Below are positions 1-9,877 of a stretch of 64,000 nt of DNA, piece after piece; positions within the stretch are counted from its first letter, which is position 1; each line of letters begins with the position of its first letter. Source of the stretch: Candidatus Marinacidobacterales bacterium (lineage in GTDB: Bacteria; Acidobacteriota; Vicinamibacteria; Marinacidobacterales; SMYC01); the NCBI GenBank assembly GCA_965224085.1, contig CBDCYI010000011.1:576001-640000 (forward strand). Direction: 5' to 3'. The position numbers and the translations under genes were made by a program. The notes beneath the pieces are model-generated. The model was given only the letters and a program-made list of their open reading frames with translations, searched no databases and was not told the origin of the DNA.

Positions 1-316
1 AAGGAACGTATCCGAACAGGCAATCTATGCTCCGCTAAAGGTGCGTGTCACCAAGGTCGCCTCTAGCTCCTCGGGGCCCACGGCAATCTTTCTCGATCCG
101 GACGAGGGCGGAAAGGGAGCCGGTGCGAGCTGGGACTTCTCAGAGCTGCTCGGCTCTCGCAAGCGCCTGGAGCCTTTGATGATCAGTGAGGCCAAGAAAA
201 TCACTGTTCAGACTCAACGGGAGACTGGACTCGACGGCGTTTTCGATTTCGAGGTCATTGGCCATGTGACGCGCGCGGGACAGACCAGTGCTGGTGAGTC
301 GGGGAAGAAGAACTAG
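1..316 (+). CDS. 3' part of a hypothetical protein, probably starting upstream of the window
   Basis: Open frame from the window edge to a stop at 316; no recognisable motif. Confidence 0.35.
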   Translation, partial: RNVSEQAIYAPLKVRVTKVASSSSGPTAIFLDPDEGGKGAGASWDFSELLGSRKRLEPLMISEAKKITVQTQRETGLDGVFDFEVIGHVTRAGQTSAGESGKKN

Positions 317-383
317 CAGCCTGCCGAGCGGCAGCCAACCCGTCTGCCGCGAGGAGTGAGCGCGCGATGATGCACTAGACTTG

Positions 384-401
384 ACTAGTACTAGTACTAG
401 T
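384..401. repeat. (ACTAGT)x3 perfect tandem palindrome
   Basis: Sequence reads actagtactagtactagt in an intergenic region. Confidence 0.85.
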
Positions 402-677
402 TTAGACGTGAGCCGTCCACCGAGACGGTGAGAAAGTTTCCGTCCGTCCGTGCGAGGTCGTCCCCGCGAAGCGTGCGTCGAAGTCACCGCTGCAAACCGC
501 GGAGCTTCATCGATTTGGATTCTACCTCACGGACCCGAGGGGAAAGCTGTTGTTCCAGAACATGCTTCTGGGCTTCCTTAGGTTTTGGGGCGCGAAGGGC
601 GGCCTTTCGTGTCAAGCAGATTTTTGGAGGGTCAATCCAAAATTTTGCATTCGCGTCCTATGCTATAAGCTGATAGA

Positions 678-690
678 TATCAACAGTTTG
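678..690 (+). promoter_or_regulatory. Putative IHF-binding site
   Basis: TATCAAcagtTTG matches the WATCAA-N4-TTR consensus and lies upstream of a sigma54-like motif. Confidence 0.4.
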
Positions 691-843
691 ATTCCGTTGT
701 GGGGCTGGCCGTTCCAGTACCCGAACGGAAAATTGGATCATAGCGGCATGGGCTAGGTCCAAGAACGTAGTCGTGTCGAAAGTATGTCCTTATTTTTGTT
801 GCAATTACAGCAGGCCTTCTATCACGGACCGGAAAGCTATTGC

Positions 844-859
844 CGGCACAGATTCTGCA
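844..859 (+). promoter_or_regulatory. Putative sigma54 (-24/-12) promoter of the TonB-dependent receptor
   Basis: CGGCACagattcTGCA: GG at 845-846 and GC at 857-858, exactly 10 nt apart. Confidence 0.5.
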
Positions 860-1022
860 GACGACGCAGACATATGATAGGGTACGCCCATGTCTCTCAA
901 CGCTGCGCGCAAGGCCCTCTTGAAGGAGCGAGGGTCTTCAAATTGTCTCACGTACGAGCCCAAGCTTGCTCCTTCCGAACGTACACGTTCCTGATCATTT
1001 TCCCTTAATAAAGGAGGGGTGT

Positions 1023-3923
1023 ATGAAAACCGTGAGTATGAAAACACTGGCAATTGCGGCCTTGCTGCTGGCCTTTGCGGCGGCCGAGACGTTCGGGCAG
1101 GGAGGGTCCGTCCGCGGCTACATCCGCGACGAGCAAGGCGGTGTGATGCCGGGCGTGACTGTCACGGGGACGAGCGCGACGGTTCCCCTTCCCCACACGG
1201 TCGTCTCGGGTCAGGACGGCAACTACCGCCTGCTCGACCTCCCGCCCGGTGAATACACCATATCGGCGGAACTGGCAGGCTTCGCACCGTTCAGGCGCGA
1301 GAACATCCTCGTACGAGTAGGGCTAAACCTGCCGCTCGACATCGTCCTGACACTTGGCACTCTGGAAGAAACGGTGACGGTGACCGGCGAAACGCCGATG
1401 ATCGAAACCAAACAGTCCTCGGTGGCGGTGAACGTCAGCGGCGAGTTGCAGCGATCGGTCCCGCTGGAAGCCCGCAGACATTGGTCCGAGTTTATGCGGT
1501 TCACGCCCGGGGTGGTGTCGAGGGACTCGACGAACAATATCGCGCCCGTCTTCTACATCCGCGGCGCGGGGATCGTGTCGTATTCGACCATGGTCGATGG
1601 CGCCGAAATAACCTCGGCCGTCAACCCCTGGTGGGGGTACGCCAACATGGCGGTCTCGTCGATCGAAGACGTGCAGATCCAGACGGGCGGCATGGATGCC
1701 TCCCAGCAACTGGGCATGGGTGCCGCCGCAAACGTGGTGATGAAGTCCGGGACGAATGATTTCCACGGTGCTGCCATATTCGCCTGGACGCCGAAGTCGT
1801 GGATCGGCAACAACACACCCGACGCAACCAGCCAGACCATCTCGGTCACGCAGCCGGAGTTCTCGCTCGGTGGTCCGGTCGTGCAGGACAAGTTGTGGTT
1901 CTTTGGGTCGTACCGGCGCTGGCAGGGTACCACCGGCGTAAGCCGGACGCCGGAGCAGATCGCGGACGCGGCCGCGATTGACCCGTCGGCCGAACCACTT
2001 GGCGACACGGGCAATCATGCCAATATCGTGTTCGTCAAACTGACCGGGCAGCTCAACCCGAACCACCAGGTTTCAGGCTTCTTCAACCGCGACCTGACAA
2101 CGTACGAAAGGGCTGGGCCGATCGCGATTACGCGATCCGCAGATACCCTTATCGGAGGCAACGCCTTCTCGACGCGCCTCACGTCGGTCTGGAGCGACTC
2201 GGTGACGAGCAAGGTCGCATTCTCCTGGAACGACAAGACCTTCAAGGCCACACATCAATTTACGGGTGAACCCGCCAGTTCGATTTTTCAGAACGTGTTT
2301 TCTCAGAGCGGCCGGCTAAGCGGGCAGACGGAACTGGCCAACTACTACGGCGGCGCCAGCCGCACGGGGAGCGCGACCACCGGGGGCGCGAGCTTCGCGC
2401 CGGCCACGAAGTGGACCATCACGGGAAATGTGACGAAGTACCTCTCGGGGTTTGCTGGCTCGCACGAGCTCCAGGTCGGTGTCTTCTTGCAGCCGAGTAT
2501 GACTCGACTCCCCATGGTCGACTACCTGAACGGCGGCTTCTCCATTGAAAATGAGGTGTTGCTCGATCCGAACAACACTGCCGGCGGGACCATTCCGTTC
2601 CATCGGAGGTTCTACGACACCGATGGCGGTGTTACGGGAGACCTGAAGTTCTCGGACAACGCGTTCTACGTCCAGGACGCATGGTCGCCGACGCCGCGTC
2701 TCACGTTGAATTTGGGCCTCCGTGTCGACCACATCAGTCGCAGCGACCAACTGTTCAGCGTGGACCTCCAGAGCAGCTACGAGGTCGGCCCGCGCGTGGG
2801 GATGAACTACATGCTCACCGAGGACGCGCGCAACGGCGTGCGCGCCTCCTTCATGCGCCTTCACGATGCCGCGAACATCAACTCGCTGAGCGCCGGCAGC
2901 GCAACGTTTGGGTGGCGCGACGAGTATGACTTGGATCTGGATGGGAGCTTCGAGACCCTCTTCATCACACCGGGCACCTCACAGGTGGGCACAAACCGCA
3001 TCGTCGATCCGGACTATCATCAGCCGTTCGTCGACGAGTGGGCGGTCGGCTTTCGCCACCAGTTCCCGGGCCAGGCGAGTGTGGACATTGGGTTCATCCA
3101 CCGCGACTACCGGGATAGGACGGCGCTCGTCGAGACGAACGCCATCTACGACGGGAACGTGTTCCAAGGGTATCGCGACGAGACTCAGAACAACATCGAC
3201 CTACTGACCTCCAACCGCTGGAACCATCCGGTGTGGAACGCGTTCGAGATCATCGGCTCGAAGAAGACCGATCGGATCGAGATCCTGGGGAATTACACGC
3301 GGGCGTGGTCCCACCTGGCCGGCACGTGGCAGCCGAGGGACCCGGCCTCCTTCATCCAGCCCGATGCGTTTGAAATCAACCGAGGACTGCGTAATAACGA
3401 CAACAGGAGCCCCAGCGCCAACAACGCCTATTGCACGAGGCGCTGTTCCTCGCACGAGTGGATGGAGCACATCGCCCGCGTCGCGGTGGTCTACTACGCC
3501 CCGTGGGACGTCATCGTCTCGACCAGCTACTCGCTGCAATTCGGCCGGTACACCGGTGTGGTCCTGGACCGTATCGATGAGCCCGACCCGCAGTTTGGCC
3601 CGCCAACGGTGACGCTGTCGAACGGGCGAACCGTGTCGAATCCGCTGGCGACAACCAATCGATTCGCGTTCCCCACGCGGGGCGAGGGTCAGCCTCGGTT
3701 GGGGGCCGAGCACTATTGGAACATGCGGTTCGGGCGTCGCTTCCAATTCGGGGACGACGCGTTTTTCGAGGTGGACCTCGACATCCTCAACATTACAAAC
3801 AACGACAGTTTTCAAGCTTGGCAGAATGGGGCGAACCTAGTTTACAACACGAGAAACTTCGGGGAGGGCTCCACCATACAAATGCCGCGAACCTTCCAGT
3901 TGGGTCTGCAATTCATTTTCTGA
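1023..3923 (+). CDS. TonB-dependent receptor with N-terminal carboxypeptidase-regulatory-like domain (Oar-like)
   Basis: Signal peptide, GSVRGYIRDEQGGVMPGVTVT, ETVTVTGETP, FYVQDAW...LTLNLGLR, and C-terminal FQLGLQFIF. RBS GGAGGGG precedes the ATG at 1023. Confidence 0.92.
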   Translation: MKTVSMKTLAIAALLLAFAAAETFGQGGSVRGYIRDEQGGVMPGVTVTGTSATVPLPHTVVSGQDGNYRLLDLPPGEYTISAELAGFAPFRRENILVRVGLNLPLDIVLTLGTLEETVTVTGETPMIETKQSSVAVNVSGELQRSVPLEARRHWSEFMRFTPGVVSRDSTNNIAPVFYIRGAGIVSYSTMVDGAEITSAVNPWWGYANMAVSSIEDVQIQTGGMDASQQLGMGAAANVVMKSGTNDFHGAAIFAWTPKSWIGNNTPDATSQTISVTQPEFSLGGPVVQDKLWFFGSYRRWQGTTGVSRTPEQIADAAAIDPSAEPLGDTGNHANIVFVKLTGQLNPNHQVSGFFNRDLTTYERAGPIAITRSADTLIGGNAFSTRLTSVWSDSVTSKVAFSWNDKTFKATHQFTGEPASSIFQNVFSQSGRLSGQTELANYYGGASRTGSATTGGASFAPATKWTITGNVTKYLSGFAGSHELQVGVFLQPSMTRLPMVDYLNGGFSIENEVLLDPNNTAGGTIPFHRRFYDTDGGVTGDLKFSDNAFYVQDAWSPTPRLTLNLGLRVDHISRSDQLFSVDLQSSYEVGPRVGMNYMLTEDARNGVRASFMRLHDAANINSLSAGSATFGWRDEYDLDLDGSFETLFITPGTSQVGTNRIVDPDYHQPFVDEWAVGFRHQFPGQASVDIGFIHRDYRDRTALVETNAIYDGNVFQGYRDETQNNIDLLTSNRWNHPVWNAFEIIGSKKTDRIEILGNYTRAWSHLAGTWQPRDPASFIQPDAFEINRGLRNNDNRSPSANNAYCTRRCSSHEWMEHIARVAVVYYAPWDVIVSTSYSLQFGRYTGVVLDRIDEPDPQFGPPTVTLSNGRTVSNPLATTNRFAFPTRGEGQPRLGAEHYWNMRFGRRFQFGDDAFFEVDLDILNITNNDSFQAWQNGANLVYNTRNFGEGSTIQMPRTFQLGLQFIF

Positions 3924-3984
3924 TCTCCGGCAACTCCGCCTTCGCGCCGCAACAGGCGCGCCGGAAAGTCACAGAGGCCGAATC

Positions 3985-4020
3985 AGGGGCGGTGCCAAGA
4001 GGCACCGCCCCTCTTACTTT
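3985..4020 (+). terminator. Intrinsic terminator
   Basis: 12-bp stem aggggcggtgcc-aaga-ggcaccgcccct followed by cttacttt, downstream of the receptor gene. Confidence 0.8.
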
Positions 4021-4049
4021 AGATACGGCCCCTCTTGTCATTGACTAGT

Positions 4050-4309
4050 GTCGACAACGACCGTGTTCGAGTCGTTCGGATGACCTATCCGGCCGGCGTC
4101 AATCCCGTGCTCACGATCACCTGCCGGGCGTCAACGTGATGCTGACGGATTACACGGGGAAGAGCGCGCCGGAAGGTGAACAAGCCGAGGAGACGGAAGG
4201 GAAGTCCGGTGATATTTCTTCGGCCGACGCGAGGCCGCTGCACGTGTCGGAGAATACCGGCGGAGAAGAGCTTTCTATCATTCGTGTCGAGGTAAAGGGC
4301 GCGCGGTAG
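4050..4309 (+). pseudogene. 5'-truncated, frameshifted cupin-like gene (not in the ORF track)
   Basis: VDNDRVRVVRMTYPAGV-[1-nt shift ~4101]-SRAHDHLPGVNVMLTD...GDISSADARPLHVSENTGGEELSIIRVEVK*. Has HxH and H..EN cupin motifs; no start codon. Confidence 0.6.
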
Positions 4310-4349
4310 ATTTCGACGATCGTATTTTCCAAACGCTGGTGAATGCCAC

Positions 4350-6449
4350 TCAAGGCTCGCCACGGCGTCTAAGGGCGGCGAGGCGGTTCTTGACGGCTTC
4401 CTGAGCCGGATCCAGCTCCAGAGATTGCTCGAAGGCTTCACTAGCCGCCTCGTTGTTCCCGAGCCGCTGGTGGCTGTCGCCGAGGGCGTTGAGAAGCACG
4501 GTGTCCGTTGTTCGAATCTGCCGCGCTCTCGTCAAATAATCGGCTGCCTTGTCGTACGCCTCCTTGGCATAGTGGGCGAAGCCTAGACCGGCCACCACAT
4601 CGAACTGCGTTGGGAATGCTTGCTCCAGAGGAGCGAGGAGCTCCAAGGCTCGGTCGGGTTGCCTTTCCCTGAGATAGGCGCTGGCGAGCTTCCACCGGGC
4701 AGGGGGAAGCTCCGGATTCTCCGCCACGGACCGCGCCCACTCGTTCCGGGCCTCCTCGAAATGACCGAGGTTCCAATACTGCTCGCCGCGAACGAAATTC
4801 AGAAGCCCGGGCGCGTTCGTGTCGAAACCAGGGTGATAGACGCCGAACGCCGGGCGCTTGGCCGTCGAGCGCGGCGAGATCGTGATCGGCGTCCTCTTTT
4901 CGGCCGCCACCTCGCCGGTCGAAGCGACGACGCGCGTCCTGATCTCGTAGTTGCCAGCGACCACCCCATCCAACTTCATGTACTCGAGGATCGTATCGCT
5001 CTCTCCCACTTGCGTTTCGGCCGACAGCAGAACCTCCTCACCGTCCACCAGCTCGAGCTTTACGGTCTCACCCGGCGAGGCACCGTAGGCCTGTGTGAGC
5101 ATATGGACGGTGTCTCCGATGACGAAGAGGTGGCCCGCCGCCGGCTCGACCCGGTTGGGGCCGATTTGATACGTGCGGACCTCACCTTCGGGCACGTTTC
5201 CATCGACTATCTGGCTGGTGAATGCGAGCACCACGTCAGGGATGGCCACGCCGGAGGAGAAGTTGGGGATGGAAAGCTCCGTTTCTGCGACCGTGAACTG
5301 CTTGATGACCCGATTGCGCAGGACGACCGCCACCGTGTAAACACCGGGCACCAGCGGAAAATCGTCTTGATAGGCGAACGGATACGACGCTATCGGCTGC
5401 ATCTGGCTCGGGCTCAGCTCCAGATAGATCCCCTCCTTGTCGTCGGCCATCACCAGCACACCCTCGGAGGTGCGGACCTCGACGGTGACGTCCAGGGTCG
5501 TATAGAACTTCAGCTGATCCTCGTCCGTCTCCAGGGTGAAATTCTCCCAGTCAATCTCGATGCTGTAGTGAACCAACGGTGTGGCGTCCTTGCCCACCAG
5601 GATCGAAAACGTGTTACGAGAGGGCACGAAGTTGAAAGAGTAGTCGGCGGATACACGGTTCTTGTACCTGAGGTAGGCATCGGCGTAATCGGTGCGAATC
5701 GCCCGCTTCGGAGAATCCTCGATGCGGCGCATCAGGACCGCAGTACTTATGGAGGGCTGACCGGTGACGAAGTTCAACGGCTCAGCGGTGTCGAACGAGA
5801 GTGAGGCGGAGGCGAGCTCGGGGGAGATTTCTCCAAGTGCCTGAACGGCAAGCCCGTTGTTGGTTCCGGAACGAAACCTGCCACCGCGCACCAGCGCCCG
5901 CGGCCCGTCCATCAAGGGGTTATAGAGTCGATACTCGCCGATGTCACCTCTCTTGAAAAAGAGAAGGTAGAAGAACGAGGTGATCCCAAGAGCAGGATCT
6001 CCTTGATAGAACCAAAGCTCCGAGGATACGAGCTCGAGGTGGCCGTCAAAGCGCTGAACCTCACGAGGCTGGCCGAGGATGATGTGGTAGCGACCTCGGT
6101 CGGTTCGCCATCCTTCTCGGGAGGTCTCCCTTCCCAGGAACGTGTTCGCGTGGTCGAGCCGCCGGTAGTGCTCGTCCTTGAACTCGTTCACCGGCGTGAC
6201 GCGGTTGGGATCCCTTTTGGACCAGAAGACCTCGATGAAACGCTCCCGCTCCTCGATGGACTCGAGCGAGAGAAAGACATCGCGCTCCCGGTCGGTAATG
6301 ATGTAAACGACCTCCTCCTCGAGCCACGATCGATGCGGCTCCGAGAGTTTCTTCACCCGATCGTCGCTCGAGGCCGTGACCGCGGCGGCACCGACGAGCT
6401 GCGCTGCGAAGACGAGAGGGATCGCTAACAGGAAAGGCCGATTTTTCAT
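4350..6449 (-). CDS. GWxTD-domain protein with C-terminal TPR repeats
   Basis: WLEEEVVYIITDRER...FWSKRDP...EHYRR...GWRTDRGRYHIILG, plus TPR-like helices at the C-terminus. Start placed at MKNRP (6449). Confidence 0.9.
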   Translation of the reverse strand: MKNRPFLLAIPLVFAAQLVGAAAVTASSDDRVKKLSEPHRSWLEEEVVYIITDRERDVFLSLESIEERERFIEVFWSKRDPNRVTPVNEFKDEHYRRLDHANTFLGRETSREGWRTDRGRYHIILGQPREVQRFDGHLELVSSELWFYQGDPALGITSFFYLLFFKRGDIGEYRLYNPLMDGPRALVRGGRFRSGTNNGLAVQALGEISPELASASLSFDTAEPLNFVTGQPSISTAVLMRRIEDSPKRAIRTDYADAYLRYKNRVSADYSFNFVPSRNTFSILVGKDATPLVHYSIEIDWENFTLETDEDQLKFYTTLDVTVEVRTSEGVLVMADDKEGIYLELSPSQMQPIASYPFAYQDDFPLVPGVYTVAVVLRNRVIKQFTVAETELSIPNFSSGVAIPDVVLAFTSQIVDGNVPEGEVRTYQIGPNRVEPAAGHLFVIGDTVHMLTQAYGASPGETVKLELVDGEEVLLSAETQVGESDTILEYMKLDGVVAGNYEIRTRVVASTGEVAAEKRTPITISPRSTAKRPAFGVYHPGFDTNAPGLLNFVRGEQYWNLGHFEEARNEWARSVAENPELPPARWKLASAYLRERQPDRALELLAPLEQAFPTQFDVVAGLGFAHYAKEAYDKAADYLTRARQIRTTDTVLLNALGDSHQRLGNNEAASEAFEQSLELDPAQEAVKNRLAALRRRGEP

Positions 6450-6645
6450 TTTGATCACACTAGCGATTGGCAGAGGCTTCTTTCCTCTCCACCGAAGGAC
6501 AGGAAAAATCATAACATCATTCCAGGCGATCGACAGGAAATGTAGTCAGGAAGTCGCAATCGGCCGTATATTAGCGCCGTATGCTGGAGCGTGATGCCTT
6601 ATTCGGCAACAATGGACAGAACACAGGAATGATCAAGAAAGGACG

Positions 6646-9600
6646 ATGCCAATGCCAGGTAAGACTTCGTACTTTGTCGTAGCCCTCCTCGCCTGCGCTG
6701 CGGTCGCCTCCTCGGGCGTCGCCCAGCAGGCCGATTCAGAGGAGCCGCTGCCTCTTCAGCCGACCCGTACCATCCGCTTCACCACCGACGAGGGAACCTG
6801 GATCTCCCTGGACATCTCCCCCGATGGAAGCACCATCGTTTTCGACCTGCTGGGCGACCTCTACGTCCTCCCGATCGCCGGCGGCACCGCCACGCGCATC
6901 ACGAGCGGGATGGCCTTCGACGCCCAGCCGCGCTACTCGCCCGATGGCCAGACGATCGTCTTCGTGAGCGACCGCTCCGGGTCCCACAACGTCTGGCTCG
7001 CCGACGCCGATGGGCAAAACCCCCGCCCCGTCACCCGCGAGGTAGACATTCAGTTCGTCTCCCCGGAGTGGACCCCGGACGGCCGCGGCATCGTCGTTTC
7101 CAAGGGAAAGGGGGTCACGGAGGTCATGTACGGCCTCCATCAGTACCTGCTGGGAGGGGGCACCGGCGTCGCGCTAGCCGGCGGCAAGGGCAACGAACCT
7201 TACGACAACTACGTCGGTGCGGCGTTCGGCCCCGACCCAAGCTACCTCTACACCGCTGTGGCAACCGGAGGGTGGTCGACGATCTGGCAGGTTGCGACCT
7301 TCGACCGGGAGAGCGGGCACACCGACGTGCTGACGAACGAGCTGCGGAGCGCGATGCGGCCGGCCATCAGCCCCGATGGGAAGTATCTCCTCTTCGCCAC
7401 CCGTCACGACGCGGTCACCGCGCTCAAGCTGCGCGAGCTCGGGACCGGAGACGAGCGGTGGCTCGCACAGGAAGTGCAGTTCGACCTGCAGGACTCGCGC
7501 CCGACCCGCGACGTGATGCCAGGAATGTCCTTCACTCCTGATGGCAGGGCGCTCGTCGCGTCCTACGACGGGAAGATCTGGCGGATCGAGGTGCCGTCCG
7601 GTACGGCCATGCCGATCCCGTTCACGGCGGACGTCGAGCAACAGCTCGGCCCGCTGGTCAAGTTCGATTATCCGTTCGACGACTCGAGGCTGACGCTCCG
7701 ACGCATCCAGGACCCCCGGCCCTCCCCCGACGGGCAGCGCCTCGCCTTCTCCGCACTCGATCGGCTGTGGGTGATGGAACTGCCAGGCGGTGCACCTCGC
7801 CGATTGACGAACCGAGAGACGGGAGAGTTCAAGCCCGCTTGGTCGCCCGACGGCCGGTACATCGCCTATGTCACCTGGAACGATACGGATGGTGGCGACG
7901 TCTACCGCGCTCGCGCGGATGGCTCCGTAGCGCCGGAGCGCCTGACACGGGAGAGCGCCTACTACAAGGGGGTGACCTACACGCCCGAGGGCAGCCGGCT
8001 CATGCTGCTCCGCGCCCCGCGCCGGGCGCGGACGCTCCAGGTCGGGCCGTCCCGTCTGCAGCTCGCCTGGATGTCCGCCGACGGCGGCGATCTGACCGAG
8101 ATCCATCGCCCCGGCCAGTATGGCTCGCCGCACTTCACCTCGGAGGGCGACCGCGTTCACGTCTACGATCGCGCCGAGGGGTTGATCTCGATGCGCTGGG
8201 ACGGCACCGACGTCAAGTCGATCCTCGAGGTCACCGGCAGCATCACTCCCAGCAGGCCGGAGGTCGAACCGCCCGCTCAGGAGATCCTCCTCTCGCCGCG
8301 CGGCGATCGGGCGCTCGCGCTGGTGGGCAACGATCTTTATCTGGTGACGTTGCCGATGCCGGGTTCTGCCGTAACGCTGTCGATCGTGAACCCTTCCGAG
8401 GCGCCGCTACCCGTGAGGCGGCTCACGAACATCACGGCGGAGTTCCCCGGATGGAGTCCCGACGGCGGAACCGTCCACTACTCGCTGGGCCGGACATTCT
8501 TCATCCACGACGTGGCGACGGCTGAGAACCCGGAGACGACTGTGGTCACGATAACGGTCCCGCGCGACCGGCCATCCGGCACGCTCGTCCTCCGCGGTGC
8601 CCGCATCGTGACGATGCGGGGGGACGAGGTGCTCAAAAACGGCGACCTGGTGGTCACTGACAACCGCATCACTGCGGTCGGTGCGCGCGGGCAGGTCGAC
8701 GCCCCCGCCGACGCGCGTGTGATCGACGTCTCCGGCAAGACGATCCTTCCGGGTTACGTCGATATCCACGCCCACATGCGTCCCGCCGCCGAGGTGCACC
8801 GCCCCCAGCCGTGGATGTACTTGGTGAACCTCGCCTACGGGGTCACCACCAGCCGGGACCCATCGGCCTCACCCGACGTCTTCTCGTACGCCGACCTCGT
8901 CGAGACCGGGGCGCTGCTGGGCCCGCGGATCTTCTCGACCGGCCCTTCGCTCTCCGAGAACGTGCCTCTCGAGAGCCTCGACGACGCCCGAAACATCCTC
9001 CGTCCATTCGCAGAGTATCTCGGCACCGAGACCGTGAAGCAGTACACGATCGGGAGCCGCAGGGCCCGCCAGTGGTTCAACATCGCTGCCCGGGAGAGCG
9101 GGCTCACGCCGACGGTCGAGACGTACGCGGACTTCCAGAAGAACCTGACCGAGGTGATCGACGGCTACGCCGGCCTCGAGCACAAGCTCCACATCTTCCC
9201 GATGGCGCAGGACGTTATCCAGCTGCTCGTGCAGGCTGGAGTCACCAACACGCCGACGTTTTTCGTCAGCAACACGACGGTGGGCGCCGGCGAGTGGTTC
9301 TACTCCATCGAAGGATTCGACCTCCACGACGACCCGAAGTTCAGGCGTTTCACCCCGCATCCCGTCCTCGACCGCAACCTCCTGCAACATCGCGTCATGC
9401 AGTGGCAGCCCCCATACGAGTACGTCTATCAGCGCCAGGCGGCCGAGCTACGCAAGCTCGTCGAGGCGGGCGGACGCGTCGCTCTCGGCTCCCACGGCGA
9501 CCTTCAGGGGCTGGGCGCCCACGTCGAGTTGTGGGCGATCGCCAGCGGCGGGATGCGGCCGCACGACGTATTGCGGGCCGGCACGATCTTCGGAGCCGAG

Positions 9601-9825
9601 GCCATCGGGCACGGGGCGCACGTCGGCTCCCTGGAGCCGGGAAAGCTCGCGGACCTTCAGGTATTGGACGCGAATCCCTTGGAGGACATCCGCAAAACCA
9701 ACACGATTCGCTACGTGATGAAGAACGGCCGGCTCTACGAGGCAGACACGCTCAACGAGATCTGGCCCCGGGAGAGGGAGCTGCCGGAGCAGTGGTGGTG
9801 GAGAATCGATCCGAAGGAGGAGTGA
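6646..9825 (+). CDS. Exported TolB-like beta-propeller (PD40) plus amidohydrolase fusion
   Basis: FTTDEGTWISLDISPDG, repeated SPDG motifs, PGYVDIHAH, LAYGVTT, GSHG, GSLEPGKLADL. Confidence 0.92.
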   Translation: MPMPGKTSYFVVALLACAAVASSGVAQQADSEEPLPLQPTRTIRFTTDEGTWISLDISPDGSTIVFDLLGDLYVLPIAGGTATRITSGMAFDAQPRYSPDGQTIVFVSDRSGSHNVWLADADGQNPRPVTREVDIQFVSPEWTPDGRGIVVSKGKGVTEVMYGLHQYLLGGGTGVALAGGKGNEPYDNYVGAAFGPDPSYLYTAVATGGWSTIWQVATFDRESGHTDVLTNELRSAMRPAISPDGKYLLFATRHDAVTALKLRELGTGDERWLAQEVQFDLQDSRPTRDVMPGMSFTPDGRALVASYDGKIWRIEVPSGTAMPIPFTADVEQQLGPLVKFDYPFDDSRLTLRRIQDPRPSPDGQRLAFSALDRLWVMELPGGAPRRLTNRETGEFKPAWSPDGRYIAYVTWNDTDGGDVYRARADGSVAPERLTRESAYYKGVTYTPEGSRLMLLRAPRRARTLQVGPSRLQLAWMSADGGDLTEIHRPGQYGSPHFTSEGDRVHVYDRAEGLISMRWDGTDVKSILEVTGSITPSRPEVEPPAQEILLSPRGDRALALVGNDLYLVTLPMPGSAVTLSIVNPSEAPLPVRRLTNITAEFPGWSPDGGTVHYSLGRTFFIHDVATAENPETTVVTITVPRDRPSGTLVLRGARIVTMRGDEVLKNGDLVVTDNRITAVGARGQVDAPADARVIDVSGKTILPGYVDIHAHMRPAAEVHRPQPWMYLVNLAYGVTTSRDPSASPDVFSYADLVETGALLGPRIFSTGPSLSENVPLESLDDARNILRPFAEYLGTETVKQYTIGSRRARQWFNIAARESGLTPTVETYADFQKNLTEVIDGYAGLEHKLHIFPMAQDVIQLLVQAGVTNTPTFFVSNTTVGAGEWFYSIEGFDLHDDPKFRRFTPHPVLDRNLLQHRVMQWQPPYEYVYQRQAAELRKLVEAGGRVALGSHGDLQGLGAHVELWAIASGGMRPHDVLRAGTIFGAEAIGHGAHVGSLEPGKLADLQVLDANPLEDIRKTNTIRYVMKNGRLYEADTLNEIWPRERELPEQWWWRIDPKEE

Positions 9826-9877
9826 CGGTTGTTTTCCTGTATAGTAGCGAAGCTCAGGCCCTTTTAGGGGGGGAACG

